Assembly (NCBI GenBank): GCA_963695855.1
Contig: CAVOHZ010000010.1
Coordinates: 608,001 to 672,000, forward strand
Source of the DNA: an uncultured Nitrososphaerales archaeon
Lineage (GTDB): Archaea > Thermoproteota > Nitrososphaeria > Nitrososphaerales > Nitrososphaeraceae
Direction of reading: 5' to 3'
Length of the DNA: 64,000 nucleotides
In this document: positions 1-9,429 of the stretch, in pieces
Position numbering within the stretch: position 1 is the first letter of the stretch
How the letters are laid out: every line of letters begins with the position of its first letter
Translations under genes and position numbers: made by a program
The notes under the pieces: model-generated
What the model was told of the DNA's origin: nothing
Seen by the model: only the letters and a program-made list of their open reading frames with translations
The model's database searches: none

Positions 1-26
1 AATCAATACAATTTTCAAAATGCAAC

Positions 27-575
27 ATGATAAGAATTAATAAAAAATTAGTCCAATCAAAAAAGCTTGTAATAACATGCTTTTATCTTAGCGTAATCGT
101 AATGCTAATAATTTCGGGGTATGGTTTATCTATGAGTGCGGATAATTACAAAAAGAACCAAAAAATAATTATTGGTGATGTATTAGTCAATACTGAATTT
201 CCCTTTAAAGGTTCTATTAATTTGGTGACTTATTTAATGATATTCTCATTGGTATCATGGTTTACTGCAATCAAAATTTTTGAAGATAACATCATTAATA
301 TACCGACACATATAAAAACAATATTACAAATTATAAGTTTAGTTTCTATAGTTATTTGCGCTTACGAATTATTTTATAATTTTACAGTTTGGAACTCGAG
401 AATAACTGATAATCTGATAAGCGGTTATTTTGAACCTAATAAGGAATTGATTAATTATCCTAAACCAGATACTCCATGGAATTTGTCATTTGCAACTCAA
501 ATGTTTCTGGCTGCCCTTATAATTACAAGTCACAGTTTTTACACCATGACGAAATCAAAAAATACGGAATTATGA
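27..575 (+). CDS. hypothetical membrane protein
   Basis: 182-aa ORF with about four hydrophobic segments; no family recognised. Confidence 0.7.
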   Translation: MIRINKKLVQSKKLVITCFYLSVIVMLIISGYGLSMSADNYKKNQKIIIGDVLVNTEFPFKGSINLVTYLMIFSLVSWFTAIKIFEDNIINIPTHIKTILQIISLVSIVICAYELFYNFTVWNSRITDNLISGYFEPNKELINYPKPDTPWNLSFATQMFLAALIITSHSFYTMTKSKNTEL

Positions 576-674
576 ATATCAATGCAAAAATAAAGATATC
601 AAATTAGAATTAAAGAAAATTCTTTATAAATTTACGATTACATTTATAACATTTAAGACGTAAGATAATCATAA

Positions 675-1280
675 ATGAATAGTTCTATTGTTCTAAGGAG
701 TAAGAAAACAGAAAAAGTATTATTCATAAAATTCAAACTTTTCACCTTTTCAATTGCTTTGTTAGTTGGAATTGCTTTGATTTTTGGTAATATCTTTTCC
801 TTGAATGAAGTAATAGCACAATCTACAAATACAGACAATAAAAATAATAAGCCTCTAAAAAATTTTGAAAAGGAGGTTCCATCTCTAAAAGTGTCATTTG
901 AAGACAAAGATCTTGATTTAGATCCGTATATACATAAAGAGAATGAAATTATTACGCAAATAGGAATACCACAATTCTTTGAAACTCAAACCAACGACAA
1001 ACCAGAATTTACTGTAAAACAAGGTGACAAGTTAACTTTAGAATATGGAAAACAGCCTCGAGAAATGAAAGCTTATATTATTGATTACGATTCAGATGTA
1101 AATGAAATATATCCAGTCAAACAATTAGATTTTTCGACCATAATGATTCCAGAAGATGCACCACAAGGGTTAAAAAATCTGGAAATAAGATGCACATATG
1201 ATAATAACGAACAAGTTTCATATACAACATCGATGTTTATTGGAACGACTGAAGATAATGATGAAGAGAGCAAGAAGTAA
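675..1280 (+). CDS. exported hypothetical protein
   Basis: Hydrophobic signal-like segment ending VIAQ followed by a beta-rich polar domain; start uncertain. Confidence 0.65.
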   Translation: MNSSIVLRSKKTEKVLFIKFKLFTFSIALLVGIALIFGNIFSLNEVIAQSTNTDNKNNKPLKNFEKEVPSLKVSFEDKDLDLDPYIHKENEIITQIGIPQFFETQTNDKPEFTVKQGDKLTLEYGKQPREMKAYIIDYDSDVNEIYPVKQLDFSTIMIPEDAPQGLKNLEIRCTYDNNEQVSYTTSMFIGTTEDNDEESKK

Positions 1281-1811
1281 CAATCTTTAGACAGTATAGA
1301 AACCAAATAGGTTTGAAATTTCGAAATATATTGCGGTGATAAATATACCGAAGGGTAGTTATGATTTTTTACCAAATTTTGTAAGGTTCTACAATGCAAT
1401 ATAAGCATGATGTTAATTCCACCTACTCAGAAAGTTAATCTGACTCTATTTAGGAATATATCGTTCAATACAATTATTCATCGTCTAAAAATCTACATTC
1501 ACAATGAAAATTTAGCGTGTGATAAGAATGTCAAAAAAATAGTTTTGGCGAACCTGAATATGACGAAGTTTTTTTATGAAAACAAGTAGATGCTTTAATA
1601 AAATTCATTAAATAATAGAGATACAACTCTTTAAAGGCACATACATAAAAAGAATAATAGCTATAAAAAAATCACAATTCTAACTGGAAGATAGTTCTAT
1701 TTTATTAATAAATATGTTAAACCTTCTCGAAATAATTTCATATAAGCCATATTAACATGATCAACGAAGAATAATAGAATTTTCTATTCAAAAGAGTATA
1801 AAATAAAAAGA

Positions 1812-2036
1812 TCAGGAGGTGCGGTTAGCCCAAGCAATAACGGTGATTGTACTTAAAACTGAACCAATTATTCCTGCAATTAACGCACCGAGTATTGACT
1901 CATCGAGAAATTGCGGTACCATCGTTTCAAACCAAGATGTAATATTCGGAAAAGAGATATAACTTCCGAATCCGATAGTGAACCCTACAAGCCAAAACAT
2001 GAATATCGCTAATTTCCTAGACATTTTAATCACCAT
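1812..2036 (-). CDS. small membrane protein
   Basis: 74 aa with two TM helices and GxxxG-like patterns. Confidence 0.6.
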   Translation of the reverse strand: MVIKMSRKLAIFMFWLVGFTIGFGSYISFPNITSWFETMVPQFLDESILGALIAGIIGSVLSTITVIAWANRTS

Positions 2037-2284
2037 AATATGAAATCAATTTTTTTTCTATATCAGTAAGAAAAACGTTATTTATCATTTTTAGGTTATT
2101 AATGAAGAGGATATTAAGATAGTTTGTTAATATTCATATAATCTAAGGTTTAATAATATTGTACTAGAACGGATTCTCTAGATTAAATCATGACTGTCTA
2201 GCATATAATAAAAAAATAAAGAAGCGTAAAATTAAGCATTAGAAAGTAATAATATTTATAGTAACAATAACTATATGTTCTTGT

Positions 2285-2518
2285 ATGTCTTTAATTTCAT
2301 CTAAGGAACGGATAAACGGAGAAATACTCACGGGAATAGCGCTTGTAATCTTGTCCCTTCTTTTCATATTTGCGGGATCGGTGAACGCGGTTTGGGCGAT
2401 AATACTTCCAGGCGACTATCTCATTTTAATACTAGGTTTAGCGTTTATAGCATTAGGAGTTGTATCAATCATAAGGCATAGAAATCTTCCAGAAGAAACT
2501 AGCACTCATCATCACTAA
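2285..2518 (+). CDS. small membrane protein
   Basis: 77 aa, two TM helices, TATA-like element about 25 nt upstream. Confidence 0.6.
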   Translation: MSLISSKERINGEILTGIALVILSLLFIFAGSVNAVWAIILPGDYLILILGLAFIALGVVSIIRHRNLPEETSTHHH

Positions 2519-2601
2519 TTTTCAGCAAAATAACAATCCCAATTTATTTTACCATTTTCACAAGTTTTATTAATAGTAATAGTAAATTTCTTATTCATAT
2601 T

Positions 2602-3309
2602 TTGAGTCTCTATTTTCTTTTAATAATTCTGGCAACTTCGTCTATCGGAATGATAAATAACATTCTTGATTCTATTGCAAACCTAATATATGAATTTGGG
2701 TATTTGGGAATTTTTATTGCAGCGCTAGTAGAGACACTGTTTCCTATAATACCCAGTGAATTAATTTTTCCTCTAGCAGGTTACGTTGCACATAGCCAGA
2801 ATCTTGGAATAATTAGTGCAATTACGTTCGGTTTAATTGGATCAATTGGCTCGACAGTTGGGGCTTTAATTATTTATACTGCAGCATTGAAAGTCGGGAG
2901 AAAAGTATTATTAAAAATAGGGAGATACTTTTTGATTAATGAGAAAAAGCTCGAGAAATCTGAATTATGGTTCAAAAATTATGGCAAACTTGCAGTATTT
3001 TTAGGAAGACTTGCACCCGGAGTAAGAGAACTGATCTCAATTCCTGCTGGACTTTCCAGAATGAATATTATTGAATTTACTTTTTTTACCTTCATAGGGT
3101 CTTTTATTTGGAGCCTTTCTCTTACTCTGGTAGGTTATTATCTTGGAGAAGCATGGAATAAATTTTCGAAAGAATCTTCACCCATATTTAACATTCTTGC
3201 AGTCATAATTATTTCCATCCTATCTGGTATTATAGTTTATAGATATTTTAGAAAAAGAAAAAATAAAGGTGGGAAAATAGGCGACTCTACAGATTATTCT
3301 ACAAAATAA
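2602..3309 (+). CDS. DedA/VTT (SNARE-associated) family membrane protein
   Basis: Motifs ETLFPIIPSELIFPLAGY and GRLAPGVRELISIPAG; alternative start ATG 2650. Confidence 0.9.
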   Translation: MSLYFLLIILATSSIGMINNILDSIANLIYEFGYLGIFIAALVETLFPIIPSELIFPLAGYVAHSQNLGIISAITFGLIGSIGSTVGALIIYTAALKVGRKVLLKIGRYFLINEKKLEKSELWFKNYGKLAVFLGRLAPGVRELISIPAGLSRMNIIEFTFFTFIGSFIWSLSLTLVGYYLGEAWNKFSKESSPIFNILAVIIISILSGIIVYRYFRKRKNKGGKIGDSTDYSTK

Positions 3310-3323
3310 TTTTAATAAATCTT

Positions 3324-4352
3324 TTAGATGTGACTGACAATTTTTTTTTCTTGTAATTCTCTACGTAATTCTCTGTAATCCCTATACATTACATCTACTT
3401 CCATTGCGGATTGTAAGATTTTACTTTTCATTTTTGGGGAAGAATTAAAGAACATTCTTGTGTCTTTTGGCAAACAATGCCCACCTATTCCATCTCTTGG
3501 TTCCAGAATTTCGACATTCCATTTAGTATTTAGTGCATCTCGTAATTCAGAAAAATGAACACCAGTTGCTTGACAATATAAATAAAGTTCTTCAGCAAAT
3601 GCTATCTGAAGATACCTATGAGAATTTTCTATAATTTTTGTCAATTCGGCAATTTCTATTGAAGAAACAGGATGCATTTTTATGGACAAGCCAGCTTTTG
3701 AATATATCAAATTTTCTGCAGCGTTTTCCTCATATTTACTAGATTCTGAATCTAGCGGGTCTGGCCCTAGGGAAAAATCCATCTCATTATAAATTTCATA
3801 TCCCGAAGAGAGGGATTTCTTTTCTTGAGATGGTGGATTATTTTCCAAGGTTCCGGTGTAAAAATCTAAACCAGTTTTTAAACAGCAGGGATTAACTCCT
3901 CCTATTACACGTAATTGATTTACACCATATTTTTCTTCATCAAGTGAGTACCACCTATGAGGGGCATGAACTACATGAAACCGATGACCTAACAACTCGA
4001 ATATTCTCCTGGATGTACCTTTAGGAACAGTACTCTCAATTGAGACCAAGGCGCCAATCTTACCTTCTAAGGATATTCTGCTGACTATTGAAAACAAGCT
4101 ATCTATTTGTGGAGAATAAATATCGTGTGGTTTGTGAGTGGATACGCATATGATATATATATCAAATTCTTTGAAACTATCTGTTATCTTGATACTATGA
4201 ATTTGTTCTGCCATAACCATTGCTTCTTTTTTTATATCATAGCCATACACATCAAAACCATTAGCTTTCACAAATTTAGCTACAGGTAAACCCAATTGAC
4301 CTAATCCAATAACTAGAACCTTATTTTCTTGGATAAGAGACATATCAGACAT
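3324..4352 (-). CDS. UDP-glucose/GDP-mannose dehydrogenase family protein lacking the C-terminal domain
   Basis: Rossmann GLGQLG, IESTV, AELTKIIEN, catalytic GGHCLPKD. Confidence 0.85.
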   Translation of the reverse strand: MSDMSLIQENKVLVIGLGQLGLPVAKFVKANGFDVYGYDIKKEAMVMAEQIHSIKITDSFKEFDIYIICVSTHKPHDIYSPQIDSLFSIVSRISLEGKIGALVSIESTVPKGTSRRIFELLGHRFHVVHAPHRWYSLDEEKYGVNQLRVIGGVNPCCLKTGLDFYTGTLENNPPSQEKKSLSSGYEIYNEMDFSLGPDPLDSESSKYEENAAENLIYSKAGLSIKMHPVSSIEIAELTKIIENSHRYLQIAFAEELYLYCQATGVHFSELRDALNTKWNVEILEPRDGIGGHCLPKDTRMFFNSSPKMKSKILQSAMEVDVMYRDYRELRRELQEKKIVSHI

Positions 4353-4605
4353 TCGAAAGAAAATTCAATTTTTTTTATTATATATATTGGCGAAAAGAGA
4401 TACTATGATTTTGTATCATAAATTTAAACTATATTTTTATGTAGACGTTTTTTTTATAAATTTTGACATATCAATTGTTAAGAATGCATCTGTTTTACAA
4501 ATTCAGAGTGAAAAATTTATGGATAAATCTCATGTAAAGAAAATCAATTTTGGTATTTAATATAACAAATATAAAAGAAAATAAATTGATTAGAATCTAT
4601 ATCCG

Positions 4606-5406
4606 TTGACATTATTAATTTCTACGCAAAAATTAGATGAATTAATTCAAAAAAAAGATGAAAAGTTAAGGATAATCGATACTAGGTCTTTTGGCGAATA
4701 TGTTTTAGGACATATTCCAGGGTCTATAAACACAGAATTAATGCAATTTCATTGGAGTGATACAACAAAAAATGGTATAAAACAGTTCAATAAACAGAAT
4801 ATTAAGTTATTTTCTAATTTTGGGATAAAAAAGAATACTTTCCTTGTTTTTTATGAAAACGGTTCTGGGCCTTCAGCTGCAAGAGGAGTCTGGCTTTCAT
4901 TATATTTTTCACATAAGAAAGTCGCCATGTTAGACGGAGGATTTGATAAATGGAGAGTTGAAAATAGAGTAATTGCCACAGAAAGTGAGAAATTTCAACA
5001 TAGACGATTTGAAGGTAAACCTAATTCGTCTATACTGGCGGATTTAAATTTTATGAAGAAAGTGATTAAAAAGAAGAAAGATTATCAGATTATTGATGTA
5101 CGCACTTCTGATGAATTTTCAGGACAACAGGTTAGAGCGTGCAGGAGAGGACATATACCTTTGTCTCAGAATATCGAGTGGAATACAAATGTTAAGGATG
5201 GAAGATTTAAGTCGATAAATGAACTAAAAAAAATATACTCAGAGATTTCGCCTGATAAAGAAACAGTTACATATTGTCAGGGCGGATATAGAGCAGCAAA
5301 TACATTTGTTATATTAAGCGAACTTGGGTTTAAAAAGGCGAAATTATATCTTGGATCATGGAATGAATGGGGGAACGATATGAGTCTACCAATTGAGGAT
5401 AATTGA
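4606..5406 (+). CDS. tandem-domain rhodanese / thiosulfate sulfurtransferase
   Basis: GHIPGS, LDGGFDKW, active-site CQGGYRA, YLGSWNEW. Confidence 0.92.
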   Translation: MTLLISTQKLDELIQKKDEKLRIIDTRSFGEYVLGHIPGSINTELMQFHWSDTTKNGIKQFNKQNIKLFSNFGIKKNTFLVFYENGSGPSAARGVWLSLYFSHKKVAMLDGGFDKWRVENRVIATESEKFQHRRFEGKPNSSILADLNFMKKVIKKKKDYQIIDVRTSDEFSGQQVRACRRGHIPLSQNIEWNTNVKDGRFKSINELKKIYSEISPDKETVTYCQGGYRAANTFVILSELGFKKAKLYLGSWNEWGNDMSLPIEDN

Positions 5407-5416
5407 AGTGGTTTCT

Positions 5417-5439
5417 AATAGAATAGAATAGAATAGAAT
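5417..5439. repeat. (AATAG)4 microsatellite
   Basis: aatagaatagaatagaatagaat read directly. Confidence 0.8.
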
Positions 5440-5574
5440 TAATCAATTTTGTATTTTTGTTATTGGACTGACTCGATAATCGATCCAATAAACATAGGTC
5501 TATTTATTACTACGAAAACTATAGAGAAACTGTTTATTTGTCATTATCTGACATTAATAAGGTTGGAAAAGACA

Positions 5575-6417
5575 ATGAAGATTAGCGCAGATAATAAACC
5601 GGAACCTTCACTGAAAATCGAGAAACCTAATGACATTGCCAAAACGAGGTTTCTTGTAACTCCTGCAAAACTAAACGTAAGAGAATTAAATGCAGGATTT
5701 CATAAAAAACAAGTTTTAAAAAAAATCAATCTAAATATGAAAGAAAAAAAGGTAACGGCGTTCATTGGTCCTTCCGGATGTGGTAAAACGACATTAATAA
5801 GATGTCTTAACAGAATGCATGAAATGACGAACGGGGCTTTTGTTAAGGGTGAAGTAAATTTAGATAATATTAATATTTACGATCCAAAGATCAATCCGGT
5901 TATTATAAAGAGAAGAATAGGAATGGTATTTCAAAAACCAAATCCCTTTCCTACGATGACTATTTTTGACAATGTTGCATCAGGCTTAAAACTAAATGGG
6001 GTAAGAGATAAGAAGTTGATTTCACAAATAGTGAAAGAGAGTCTTGAAAATGCTGCATTATGGGAAGAGGTAAAGAATGAATTAAATAAACCCGGAATGA
6101 GTTTGTCGGGAGGTCAACAACAAAGACTTTGTATTGCACGAGCTCTAGCCATGCATCCCGAAGTATTACTAATGGACGAACCTACTTCAGCATTGGATCC
6201 AATAGCATCATCCAAGATAGAAGATTTAGTTCATGAACTAAAAAAATATTTGACTATAGTAATAGTTACACATAACATGCAACAGGCTGCGAGGGTATCA
6301 GATTACACTGCTTTTATGTTTTTAGGCGAATTAATTGAATTTGGAGAAACAAAACAAATTTTCGAAAACCCTAGGGAAGAAATGACTGAAAATTATATAT
6401 GTGGAAAATTTGGATAA
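5575..6417 (+). CDS. pstB: phosphate ABC transporter ATP-binding protein
   Basis: [47 protein letters not shown]; start set at ATG 5575 (TTG 5563 possible). Confidence 0.95.
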   Translation: MKISADNKPEPSLKIEKPNDIAKTRFLVTPAKLNVRELNAGFHKKQVLKKINLNMKEKKVTAFIGPSGCGKTTLIRCLNRMHEMTNGAFVKGEVNLDNINIYDPKINPVIIKRRIGMVFQKPNPFPTMTIFDNVASGLKLNGVRDKKLISQIVKESLENAALWEEVKNELNKPGMSLSGGQQQRLCIARALAMHPEVLLMDEPTSALDPIASSKIEDLVHELKKYLTIVIVTHNMQQAARVSDYTAFMFLGELIEFGETKQIFENPREEMTENYICGKFG

Positions 6418-6549
6418 TAATCTAAGCGTCATTATATAGTATAGAACAACGGAACAATATGATTTACATTATTAGTGATCAGTTACGTTTATCAATTATT
6501 TTATACTTATTTACGAGAAAACATCTAGTGAATAAAAGTTTAAAATAAA

Positions 6550-7212
6550 ATGACAAGGCTCTTAGATTTAGGTATTGATAGGATAAATAAGATATTAGAT
6601 GACATGGTACGTCTTGCAGAAAAATCTTTTATAGATGCCATTGATTCTTACAACAAAGGTACTAATTTATCAAAAAATAGTTTCAGGATTTCAGAAAAAT
6701 TAAGAATGTTGCAAGATGAGATTTCAGAAATATCAATAGAGCTTATTGCAAGATACCAGCCAGTAGCTACAGATTTGAGATTCATCAAATCATCCCTTGA
6801 AATTTCATACAATATATCAAGATTTGGACGATATTCTTTTGATATTGTTGATTTAATACAAGAAAGTGGCCCATTAGAAGATTGCGACAAATCTAGAGTA
6901 TTGGAAATCTCAAAAACTGTAAAAGAGATGATTATGATTTGTTCGAATGCGATAGATACGTGGGATATAGGAAAAGTTAAAGAACTATACCAGTTAGAAA
7001 ATAATATTGACAGAGAATATAAAAAATATCTTAGAGATATAATTCAGTCTAGTGAATCTTCATTAAACGAGACCGAAAAGAGACAGAGCTTTAATTGTTA
7101 TCTTACCAGTTTGCTTATTCTACGATATTTTGAAAGAATTTCCGATCATGCGTGTAGTATTGGTGATTCTATTAGTTATATAAAATATGGAAAATCTAGT
7201 CCTAGACTCTAA
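6550..7212 (+). CDS. phoU: phosphate uptake regulator PhoU
   Basis: ARYQPVATDLR and ERISDHA motifs; follows pstB. Confidence 0.92.
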   Translation: MTRLLDLGIDRINKILDDMVRLAEKSFIDAIDSYNKGTNLSKNSFRISEKLRMLQDEISEISIELIARYQPVATDLRFIKSSLEISYNISRFGRYSFDIVDLIQESGPLEDCDKSRVLEISKTVKEMIMICSNAIDTWDIGKVKELYQLENNIDREYKKYLRDIIQSSESSLNETEKRQSFNCYLTSLLILRYFERISDHACSIGDSISYIKYGKSSPRL

Positions 7213-7292
7213 AAAACAAAATTATATGATTAGGACATGACAATACTAAATCAAATGTTAAATATTCAGAACAATTCCTTAAAAATAATAAA

Positions 7293-7757
7293 ATGGAAAA
7301 GGTTAGTGATGAAGTAGTAATAAGGGAATTAGAGGAAAGTCACCTTGGAAAAGATTTCCTAGACACTCTTTCAAATTTGGGAGATATTAAAAAATTAAGA
7401 AACGATCAAAAACATATGTTAAAAATTTTTAAAAATATAAAAGAAAAATCAAGTTCAAGAATTTTTGTAGCTTTAATCGATAATAAAATAGTAGGTGCAA
7501 TTACGACAATTATTGAATACAAGTTTATTCATAATGGGGGAAAAGTCTGCCACATTGAAGATGTTGTGACAAGAAAAGGATATGAAAAATTAGGTATTGG
7601 GTCTAGTCTTATCAGAAAGGCAATAGATTTGTCCACCAAAGAAGATTGTTATAAGGTAGTACTAAATTGCTCCGAGAAAAATATCCTATTTTATGAAAAA
7701 AATGGATTTCATAAATATGAGATCGAAATGAGATTTGATATCAACAAGAAAAATTAA
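7293..7757 (+). CDS. GNAT acetyltransferase, glucosamine-6-phosphate N-acetyltransferase (GNA1)-like
   Basis: EYKFIH, HIEDVV, GIGSSLI, CYKVVLNC, FYEKNGF. Confidence 0.85.
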   Translation: MEKVSDEVVIRELEESHLGKDFLDTLSNLGDIKKLRNDQKHMLKIFKNIKEKSSSRIFVALIDNKIVGAITTIIEYKFIHNGGKVCHIEDVVTRKGYEKLGIGSSLIRKAIDLSTKEDCYKVVLNCSEKNILFYEKNGFHKYEIEMRFDINKKN

Positions 7758-8567
7758 TTGTTGGTTTTTTTTAATTAAACTAGAGGTTGAAATAACTAAA
7801 AGGATAACATTTTTGTTTATAATTTATCATATACTGAGATTAGAAATTTTAATAAATCATCGTATCCAAGATACCCCATTTGAGAATTTCCAAAGATATA
7901 TCTTTCCAATTTTGCTGTATGCATATTGTACCAATTGGCTAGAAGATAATTACTTTTATTTTTGTGATTCTTTAATTTACTAATAATAACAATATACAAG
8001 TTGTTACACATAATTCTAAAAGTAATTTGTTCAAATTAAAACATCCTATTTCTGAACTATGTAGATTCCCCTGTTTATAGACACATTGACAAATAGTATT
8101 GTATTCATAGAACATATCAAATTCAATATAATCATACGTTATAAATTGAATAGATAAAAATCAAAAAAACACCATATAACAAACTACTTTTTGATTAATT
8201 TAATAAGTCTAATCAAGAAATTAATGAATGAAGAATTTTGTCCTTAAAAGAACAAATGGTATTTCTTTTAAAATAGTGTGAATTAATAAAATTGGAAGGT
8301 TATGAGTTTTCTTGATTTTAGTTTCTATTATGAGGAACAGGTTCTTTTAAGAGCTGCAACTGTTTCTTCTTTGACAAAAATATCGTATGCTGTTTCGATT
8401 TCAAAAAGGTATAAACATATTTTTCATTGAATCTATATAAACAAATTGCAGAAGGTATATTAATAAAATTATTTTTTGGTACTTACACCAATACTGACTA
8501 TTTCAAGCAAAATATCAGACTACTGAGGAAGTAATATTAATACGTCCTTTGTTTATTTTTTTATAAT

Positions 8568-9359
8568 ATGTCAAATACACCTATCATGGTTTTTGATTCT
8601 GGAATAGGTTCTATGTCTATAATCAAGGAACTAAGAAAGGAACTACCAAATGAAAATATATTATATTTCGCAGATAGGGCAAATTTTCCATACGGAAACA
8701 AGTCACATAAAAGACTTTTAGAAATTATGAAGAATACTATTAAATACCTGGAGAGATTCAAACCAAAGATAATAATAATAGCTTCCAATACGCCTTCGCT
8801 TCAGATTTTAGATGAAATTAAAGATAAAGTTAATGTTCCTTTACTAGGTGTGAGGCCTCCTCTAAGAGAATCAGTAAAGCTAACGAAAAATAATCACATC
8901 GGAATAATGGCAACAGAATCAGCTATCAATAGTAAGGAGATAGATAAACAAATAAACGATGAAATTCCTCAAAAGATATTTGTTAATAAGTATAACGCAT
9001 CGCCGTTAATAGCCTTGATTGAAAATGGAGATTTTATCAAAAGCAGAAAGAAGATCAGAAACCAAATTCATAGAATTCTAGGGAACATTGAAGATATAGA
9101 TGTCATAACATTATCAAGTACTCATCTTCCTTTCATCGTGGATCAATTATCTGAAGAGTTTCCATCTGTTAAATTTATCGATTCCGCAAAAACGACAGCA
9201 AAAAATGTAAAACAAATTTTGACAGACAACGGATTACGTAACAAAAATAACACTGGAAGGATAAGAATTCTTGTATCGGATGGAAAAGATGAATTTCAGG
9301 AAATGTTAAGATATTTGGGCGTAAAGGAAAATGTACAAGAAGTTTTTTGGTCAATTTAG
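8568..9359 (+). CDS. murI: glutamate racemase homolog with both catalytic Cys replaced by Ser
   Basis: FDSGIG and DRANFPYG motifs; ASNT and SSTH in place of ACNT and GCTH. Confidence 0.85.
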   Translation: MSNTPIMVFDSGIGSMSIIKELRKELPNENILYFADRANFPYGNKSHKRLLEIMKNTIKYLERFKPKIIIIASNTPSLQILDEIKDKVNVPLLGVRPPLRESVKLTKNNHIGIMATESAINSKEIDKQINDEIPQKIFVNKYNASPLIALIENGDFIKSRKKIRNQIHRILGNIEDIDVITLSSTHLPFIVDQLSEEFPSVKFIDSAKTTAKNVKQILTDNGLRNKNNTGRIRILVSDGKDEFQEMLRYLGVKENVQEVFWSI

Positions 9360-9429
9360 GTAATAGCCAACGAACAAAATATATATTATAAAATTAATCA
9401 AATTAGGCAAACCTAATGTGTATTAATTA

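Noticed and set aside
5449-5574. N-terminal extension of pstB in the ORF track (similarly for usp, aroC, aroK, aroE, pckA)
   Set aside because: The extensions run through promoter or overlapping sequence and lack family similarity; downstream ATGs were preferred.
7760-8560. Possible gene fragments (7817-8011 and about 8300-8420, minus strand)
   Set aside because: Protein-like in places, but no family is recognisable and no consistent frame could be reconstructed.
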